DNA of 64,000 bases, from contig CALUFR010000027.1 of assembly GCA_944319875.1 (NCBI GenBank), positions 725 through 64,724 on the forward strand. Direction: 5' to 3'. This stretch comes from an uncultured Bacteroides sp. (GTDB lineage: Bacteria > Bacteroidota > Bacteroidia > Bacteroidales > Bacteroidaceae). A program made the position numbers and the translations under genes. The notes below the pieces were generated by a model that had not been told where the DNA came from, did not search any database, and was given only the letters and a program-made list of their open reading frames with translations. Shown here piece after piece: positions 58,312 to 64,000 of the stretch. Positions within the stretch are counted from its first letter, which is position 1, and each line of letters begins with the position of its first letter.

Positions 58312-59760
58312 TTATTTTTTTGCCACCAGCCGGTTCAGTAAAGGAATGCGGTTCAAGGGCAAGTCATGTTTCACAAGATAGGCGGCAAACACAAGCAGCA
58401 GCACTGTACGCCAACCCAGACGCAGCCACAGGTTTTCAATGGGCACATACTCAGCAGCCACGTAAAGGACGGCGGCCAGCAGCACATAGCGTCCGATGCT
58501 CCGCAGGTCGTAGCGGATGGGATACTTCTTCTGCCCCACGAAATAGGACAGGAGCATGGCCGTCCCGTAACCGGCAAAGCCCGCCCAGGCGCAGGCCATG
58601 TAGCCGAAACGCGGGATGAACAACACGTTGATGAGCACCAGCACGAAGCATCCCGCCAGCGAGAAGTAGGCACCCCAGCGCGTCTCGTCAATCAGTTTGT
58701 ACCAGAAGGACAGGTTGAAGTACACGCCCATGAAGATTTCCGCCGCCATCACGACAGGCACCACGCGCAGGCCGGCCCAGTAGTCGCGCCCGATGATGAA
58801 CTTCAGCAGGTCGAGGTAGAACATTACGGCCAGGAAGGCCAGCAGGGTGAAGATGATGAAATACTTCATAGCGGCGGCATAGACCTCACGGTTATCTTTG
58901 TCGCGGCTCTTGCCGAAAACAAAGGGTTCGTAGGCGTAGCGGAAGGCTTGCGTCAGCATGGCCATAATCATGGCGATCTTACTGGCCGCGCCGTAGATGC
59001 CCAGTTGCACCTTGGCCTCGGCGGCGTCGGGATAGACGTAGGGGAAAATAATCTTGTCGGCCACCTGATTCAGGATGCCGGCCAGGCCGAGCACCAGCAA
59101 GGGCAGGCTGTACGCCAGCATGCGGCGTAGCAGGGCACGGTCGAGCACGTAGCGGAAACCGCGCAATTCGGGCAACAGGCAGAGCATCACGGTGGAGGTA
59201 CACGCAAGGTTGAACAGGAAGGCGTAGCTTACGTCGCTGCCTCCCATTCCTACGTAGTAGACAAGATTCAACGCGATGTTCAGGAAAATAAACAGCAGCT
59301 TCAGCGCGGCGAACCTGAGAGGACGTTTCTTGTAGCGCAGGTAAGCGAAAGGAATGCTCTGAAAGGCGTCCATCGCCACCACGGCCATCATCATACCGAT
59401 ATATTCGGGATGCGTGCCGTAACCCAGCAGGCCGGCAATGGGTTGCAGGAAGACCAATCCCAAAGCCAGGAACACGAGCGACACGCCACCCACGCTCATC
59501 AAGGCGGTGGAGTAGACGCGCATGGGGTCGTCCTTGCCGTTGTTGGCGAAGCGGAAGAAACCCGTCTCCATGCCGAAGGTGAGCAGTACTAATACCAGCG
59601 CCACCCAAGCATAAACGTTGGTCACCACGCCATAACCTCCGCTCTGCGCGGACATGGCCAGGGTATATACCGGCACCAGCAGATAATTCAAAAACCGCCC
59701 CACGATGCTGCTCAACCCATAAATCGCGGTTTCTTTAGCCAAACTTTTCAGATTTACCAT
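58312..59760 (-). CDS. Polysaccharide biosynthesis flippase (Wzx/MATE-like)
   Basis: About 14 TM helices, KETAIYGLSSIVGRFLN N-terminus. Confidence 0.85.
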   Translation of the reverse strand: MVNLKSLAKETAIYGLSSIVGRFLNYLLVPVYTLAMSAQSGGYGVVTNVYAWVALVLVLLTFGMETGFFRFANNGKDDPMRVYSTALMSVGGVSLVFLALGLVFLQPIAGLLGYGTHPEYIGMMMAVVAMDAFQSIPFAYLRYKKRPLRFAALKLLFIFLNIALNLVYYVGMGGSDVSYAFLFNLACTSTVMLCLLPELRGFRYVLDRALLRRMLAYSLPLLVLGLAGILNQVADKIIFPYVYPDAAEAKVQLGIYGAASKIAMIMAMLTQAFRYAYEPFVFGKSRDKDNREVYAAAMKYFIIFTLLAFLAVMFYLDLLKFIIGRDYWAGLRVVPVVMAAEIFMGVYFNLSFWYKLIDETRWGAYFSLAGCFVLVLINVLFIPRFGYMACAWAGFAGYGTAMLLSYFVGQKKYPIRYDLRSIGRYVLLAAVLYVAAEYVPIENLWLRLGWRTVLLLVFAAYLVKHDLPLNRIPLLNRLVAKK

Positions 59761-60798
59761 TTATTCAAATAAATTCTTCATTCCTAATTCATCATACTTC
59801 GTCCGTCCCAGATGCTTGTAAGCCAGCTCCGTCACTTCGCGGCCGCGGGGCGTGCGCTTGATGAAGCCTTCTTTAATAAGGAAAGGCTCATAGACTTCCT
59901 CGATGGTGCCGGGGTCTTCACCCAAGGCCGTGGCGATGGTGGTAAGCCCGACGGGACCACCCTTGAACTTATCAATGATGGTGGTCAGTATCTTGTTGTC
60001 AATCTGGTCGAGGCCGTAGCGGTCGATGTTCAGTGCCTCGAGAGCATAGCGGGCTATCTCCGTGTCGATGCTGCCCGAGCCTTTCACCTGCGCGAAGTCG
60101 CGCACACGGCGCAGCAGGGCATTGGCAATACGAGGCGTGCCGCGGCTGCGTCCCGCGATTTCCTCCGCCGCCTTGTTGGAGCAGGGTACGTCGAGGATAT
60201 GCGCCGAGCGCAGGATAATCTTGCTCAGCACGTCCGTGTCATAATACTCTAAGTGCAGATTGATGCCGAAGCGGGCGCGGAGTGGAGCCGTCAACAGGCC
60301 GCTACGGGTCGTGGCCCCCACGAGCGTGAAGGGGCTCAGGTCTATCTGGATGCTTCGGGCCGAAGGACCTTTGTCTATCATGATGTCGATGCGGTAGTCC
60401 TCCATGGCGGAATACAGATATTCCTCCACCACGGGACTGAGACGATGGATTTCATCGATGAAAAGGACGTCATTCGGCTCGAGGCTCGTCAGGATGCCCG
60501 CCAGGTCGCCCGGTTTGTCCAGTACGGGGCCGCTGGTTATCTTGAAGCCCACACCCAGTTCGTTGGCGATGATGTTCGACAGGGTCGTCTTGCCCAAGCC
60601 GGGAGGTCCGTGAAGCAAAGTGTGATCCAATGCTTCGCCTCGGAGGCGGGCAGCCTTCACAAAGACACGCAGGTTGTCCACCACCTTGTCCTGCCCGCTG
60701 AAGTCTTCGAAAGCCAGCGGGCGCAGCACGTTCTCGAAGTCGCGCTCGCGGCTGCTTAGAGGTTGCTGGTTGCGTATATCAAAGTTTTCTTGTTCCAT
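59761..60798 (-). CDS. ruvB: Holliday junction branch migration helicase RuvB
   Basis: [27 protein letters not shown] motifs. Confidence 0.98.
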   Translation of the reverse strand: MEQENFDIRNQQPLSSRERDFENVLRPLAFEDFSGQDKVVDNLRVFVKAARLRGEALDHTLLHGPPGLGKTTLSNIIANELGVGFKITSGPVLDKPGDLAGILTSLEPNDVLFIDEIHRLSPVVEEYLYSAMEDYRIDIMIDKGPSARSIQIDLSPFTLVGATTRSGLLTAPLRARFGINLHLEYYDTDVLSKIILRSAHILDVPCSNKAAEEIAGRSRGTPRIANALLRRVRDFAQVKGSGSIDTEIARYALEALNIDRYGLDQIDNKILTTIIDKFKGGPVGLTTIATALGEDPGTIEEVYEPFLIKEGFIKRTPRGREVTELAYKHLGRTKYDELGMKNLFE

Positions 60799-60956
60799 TT
60801 TGCAGAGCTATCATTTCATCCTTGCAAAATAACAAATTAATTTCGAGATAATCAGTATATGCGCCCGGTTTTCGCATAAGAAGCAACATTCACGTGAAAG
60901 TTTCACACCCGAAAGTTGACAAACTATGGAAATAATCCCTATTTTTGTCCCTACGT

Positions 60957-61976
60957 ATGAAAAAAACAATCATTTCCCTCCTGATGACGGGGGCCGTTTG
61001 CCTGAGCGGCACGTCCCTCGTCCATGCACAGACCGCCGCTGAAAGAGGTCTGAAGAGTATCAACCGTGCCTCGGCCGAAGCCATCGTGGGCTTCCTGGCC
61101 GATGACGAGCTGCAGGGTCGCGAGGCGGGTACCCGCAACTCGCGCATCGCCGCACGCTACCTGGCCGCCAACCTCCGGGAAGCGGGCATCCGCCCTCTCT
61201 ACGGGGACAGTTATTTTCAGCCCTTCGAGGCCTGCGCCAAGGAAAGGCAACAGAAAGGGGCACGCTGGCAGGTTCATCCCGATTCCATCGCCCGCCTGAA
61301 GAAAGGCACGCATCGCACGTTGCGCATGGCCAATGTGCTGGGTGTCATCCCTGGCAAGCGGACGGACGAATATGTCATTGTGGGGGCTCACTTTGATCAC
61401 CTGGGCACGGACGAAACACTGGCCGACGACCCCATCTACAACGGAGCGGATGACAATGCTTCGGGCGTATCGGCCGTCCTGCAGATAGCCCGCGCCTTCC
61501 GGGCAAGCGGGGAGAAACCGCTCCGGACGGTCATCATCGCTTTCTGGGACGGTGAGGAAAAAGGGCTGCTCGGCTCACAACATTTCGTGCAAAACTGCGA
61601 TTTCACCGAAAAAATCAAGGGTTACCTGAACTTCGACATGATAGGGCGCAACAACAAGCCCGACCGTCCGCGTCACGTGGTCTACTTCTACACCGCCGCC
61701 CACCCCGCCTTCGGCCAATGGTTGAAGGATGACATCGCCCGCTATGGTCTCAAACTGGAGCCCGACTATCGCGCCTGGGACCGCCCTGTGGGGGGCAGTG
61801 ACAATGCCTCGTTCGCCGAGCGCGACATCCCCGTCATCTGGTATCACACGGACGGACATCCCGATTACCACCAACCCGGAGACCAGGCCGACCGCCTGAA
61901 CTGGGAGAAAGTAGTGGAGATTACCAAGGCTTCGTTCCTCAACGCCTGGAACCTGGCCAATGAAGAAACCTATTAA
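60957..61976 (+). CDS. M28 family peptidase (exported)
   Basis: GAHFDH, NGADDNASG, GEEKGLLGS, SDN, DYHQPGD motifs. Confidence 0.92.
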   Translation: MKKTIISLLMTGAVCLSGTSLVHAQTAAERGLKSINRASAEAIVGFLADDELQGREAGTRNSRIAARYLAANLREAGIRPLYGDSYFQPFEACAKERQQKGARWQVHPDSIARLKKGTHRTLRMANVLGVIPGKRTDEYVIVGAHFDHLGTDETLADDPIYNGADDNASGVSAVLQIARAFRASGEKPLRTVIIAFWDGEEKGLLGSQHFVQNCDFTEKIKGYLNFDMIGRNNKPDRPRHVVYFYTAAHPAFGQWLKDDIARYGLKLEPDYRAWDRPVGGSDNASFAERDIPVIWYHTDGHPDYHQPGDQADRLNWEKVVEITKASFLNAWNLANEETY

Positions 61977-61985
61977 CCCGGCACT

Positions 61986-63218
61986 ATGGTACTGAATTAC
62001 ATCTGGATCGCTTTCTTCGTCATCGCTTTCGTCGTGGCACTCGGCAAGCTCCTCTTTCTGGGTGATATAGAGATATTCACCTCACTGGTCAACGCCACGT
62101 TCGACTCGTCGAAGGACGCCTTTGAGATTTCACTGGGGCTGACGGGCATCTTGGCTTTGTGGCTGGGCGTGATGAAGATTGGCGAGCGGAGCGGCATGAT
62201 AGGCGCCCTGTCGCGCTGGCTCAGCCCGGTGTTCTGCCGGCTCTTCCCTGACATTCCCAAGGGGCATCCCGCCATGGGAAGCATCTTCATGAACTTCTCC
62301 GCCAACATGCTGGGGCTGGACAACGCCGCCACGCCCATGGGACTCAAGGCCATGAAGGAACTCCAGGAGCTGAACCCGCACAAGGACACGGCCACCAACC
62401 CGATGATCATGTTCCTGGTCATCAACACTTCGGGACTGATACTTATCCCCGTCAGCATCATGGTTTACCGGGCGCAGATGGGAGCCGCACAGCCCACGGA
62501 CATCTTCATCCCCACCTTGCTTACCACCACCGTATCGACCTTCGTGGGCATCCTGGTGGTCAGCCTCAGCCAACGCATCAACCTCATCTGCAAACCGATA
62601 CTGATGCTTGTGGGCGCCATCGCCCTCTTTTTCAGCCTGCTGATATACCTCTCCGTCCGCTTGGGGCGCGACCAGATGGGCACTTACTCCACCCTGACGG
62701 CCAACATCATCCTGTTCAGCATCATCCTGCTTTTCATCCTTTGGGGTGTGTGGAAGCGAACAAACGTGTACGACGCCTTCATCGAAGGAGCCAAGGAGGG
62801 ATTCACCACCGCCGTGCGCATCATCCCCTATCTGGTGGCTTTTCTCGTTGGAATCGCGGTTTTCCGCGCATCGGGAGCGATGGACTTGCTGGTGCAGGGT
62901 ATCGGATGGGTGGTAGGTTTGTTCGGTGTAGACACCAGTTTCGTGGGTGCATTACCTACGGCGTTGATGAAGTCATTGAGCGGAAGCGGGGCCAACGGAC
63001 TGATGATAGACGCTATGAAAGAATATGGAGCTGACTCGTTCGTGGGATGCATGAGCTGCGTGGTGCGCGGTGCCTCGGACACCACGTTCTATATCCTGGC
63101 CGTCTACTTCGGAAGCGTAGGCATCACACGTACACGCAATGCCGTGACTTGCGGCCTCTTGGCTGACTTCTCGGGCATCGTGGCGGGCATCCTTATCAGC
63201 TACCTGTTCTTTTATTAA
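61986..63218 (+). CDS. Fused SpmA/SpmB nucleoside-recognition (Gate) membrane protein
   Basis: ANMLGLDNAATPMGLKAM, FIEGAKEGF, TTFYILAVYFGSVGI motifs. Confidence 0.9.
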   Translation: MVLNYIWIAFFVIAFVVALGKLLFLGDIEIFTSLVNATFDSSKDAFEISLGLTGILALWLGVMKIGERSGMIGALSRWLSPVFCRLFPDIPKGHPAMGSIFMNFSANMLGLDNAATPMGLKAMKELQELNPHKDTATNPMIMFLVINTSGLILIPVSIMVYRAQMGAAQPTDIFIPTLLTTTVSTFVGILVVSLSQRINLICKPILMLVGAIALFFSLLIYLSVRLGRDQMGTYSTLTANIILFSIILLFILWGVWKRTNVYDAFIEGAKEGFTTAVRIIPYLVAFLVGIAVFRASGAMDLLVQGIGWVVGLFGVDTSFVGALPTALMKSLSGSGANGLMIDAMKEYGADSFVGCMSCVVRGASDTTFYILAVYFGSVGITRTRNAVTCGLLADFSGIVAGILISYLFFY

Positions 63219-63255
63219 TGAAGAATGAAGAATTAACTTATATGCAAATAAACTC

Positions 63256-63678
63256 ATGATTACTTATCAGACTGAAGACATCGAAATGCCGCCCATTCGG
63301 AAACGGGAAACTACGGAATGGATCAAGGCCGTAGCCGCCACATACGGAAAAAAAATCGGTGAAATCGCCTATATTTTCTGCTCGGACGAGAAAATACTGG
63401 AGGTGAACCGACAATACCTGCAGCATGACTACTACACGGACATCATCACCTTTGACTATTGCGAGGGCAATCGCCTGAACGGTGACCTCTTCATCAGCCT
63501 GGACACCGTGCGCACCAATGCCGAGCAGTTTGCCGGAGGCGACTACCTCCGCGAGCTCCACCGCGTCATCATCCACGGCATCCTCCACCTCTGCGGCATC
63601 AACGACAAGGGACCGGGCGAGCGGGAGATTATGGAAGAGGCGGAGAACAGGGCGCTGGGGATAATGGTTAATGGTTAA
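63256..63678 (+). CDS. ybeY: rRNA maturation RNase YbeY
   Basis: HDYYTDIITF, HGILHLCG motifs. Confidence 0.95.
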   Translation: MITYQTEDIEMPPIRKRETTEWIKAVAATYGKKIGEIAYIFCSDEKILEVNRQYLQHDYYTDIITFDYCEGNRLNGDLFISLDTVRTNAEQFAGGDYLRELHRVIIHGILHLCGINDKGPGEREIMEEAENRALGIMVNG

Positions 63679-63695
63679 TGATTAATGGTTAATGA
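63662..63695. repeat. (TTAATGG)-type heptamer array overlapping the ybeY stop
   Basis: taatggttaatggttaatgattaatggttaatga. Confidence 0.85.
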
Positions 63696-63721
63696 GTTGT
63701 TCTAATCAATCCAAAAATATC

Positions 63722-64000
63722 ATGAAAGCAATCCATCGGCTGCTACTGGCAGCATGCGCGTGTGGCACCCTAATAGCCTGTGCCCCGCAAGAGAACAAGA
63801 ATGGCTGGAAACTGGCCTGGGAAGAGACCTTCGACCAAGCCACGTTCGACACGGCCGTATGGTCGAAAATCCCCCGCGGCCAATCAGACTGGTGCCGCCA
63901 CATGTCATTCCATCCCGATTGTTACGCCATGAAGGACGGACACCTTGTACTCCGCGGTATCATGAACCCCGCTCCGGAGCAAGACACCGCCCGCTTCATC
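63722..64000 (+). CDS. Glycoside hydrolase family 16-like lipoprotein (partial, runs off the window)
   Basis: Lipobox LIAC, WKLAWEETFD...WSKIPRG..DW..HMS N-terminal pattern; catalytic motif lies outside the window. Confidence 0.65.
   Translation, partial: MKAIHRLLLAACACGTLIACAPQENKNGWKLAWEETFDQATFDTAVWSKIPRGQSDWCRHMSFHPDCYAMKDGHLVLRGIMNPAPEQDTARFI

Noticed and set aside
60886..60901. Possible third parS (ACATTCACGTGAAAGT)
   Set aside because: Only the core matches; 5 mismatches to the 16-bp consensus
1..64000. tRNA/rRNA genes, integrases, IS transposases, reverse transcriptases
   Set aside because: None recognised in the sequence or the ORF track; a tRNAscan/Rfam run would be needed to exclude small RNAs fully

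Overview
Mostly core chromosome of a Bacteroidaceae member (Bacteroides/Phocaeicola-like: TTTG-N19-TAnnTTTG promoters and typical gene set), probably spanning the replication origin. An AT-rich trmH-nadA spacer (~5.2-5.65 kb) has DnaA-box-like 9-mers at a visible strand-skew switch, and two parS-like sites lie at 23.3 and 34.2 kb. Housekeeping genes include nadA, rdgB, leuS, mutS, lgt, ychF, polA, deoC, dtd, uvrC, apt, mnmG, queH, uxuA/uxuB, lepB, dapB, ruvB and ybeY. The notable non-core structure is: (1) three intact plus one degenerate paralogous small-RNA genes (14.7-19.1 kb), each with its own promoter; the intact copies also have a covarying terminator, an upstream palindrome resembling the Cur/BT4338 site and a 5' region antisense to a generic ATGAAAAA start, and all are interleaved with accessory envelope genes; (2) a 1.9-kb integrase-less island carrying an AlbA/Schlafen-ATPase-HTH gene, inserted in the 3' end of queH with a 51-bp direct repeat; (3) a signal peptidase I paralog that has lost both catalytic residues; (4) a partially duplicated Rpn nuclease gene fused to a dispersed 23-bp tandem-repeat element, where strand skew flips again (possible inversion or misassembly); (5) several dispersed heptamer and 22-23-bp repeat families. 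An in-frame stop in lgt is most likely a consensus error. All family assignments come from motif recognition, and skew was judged from spot counts; no searches were run.
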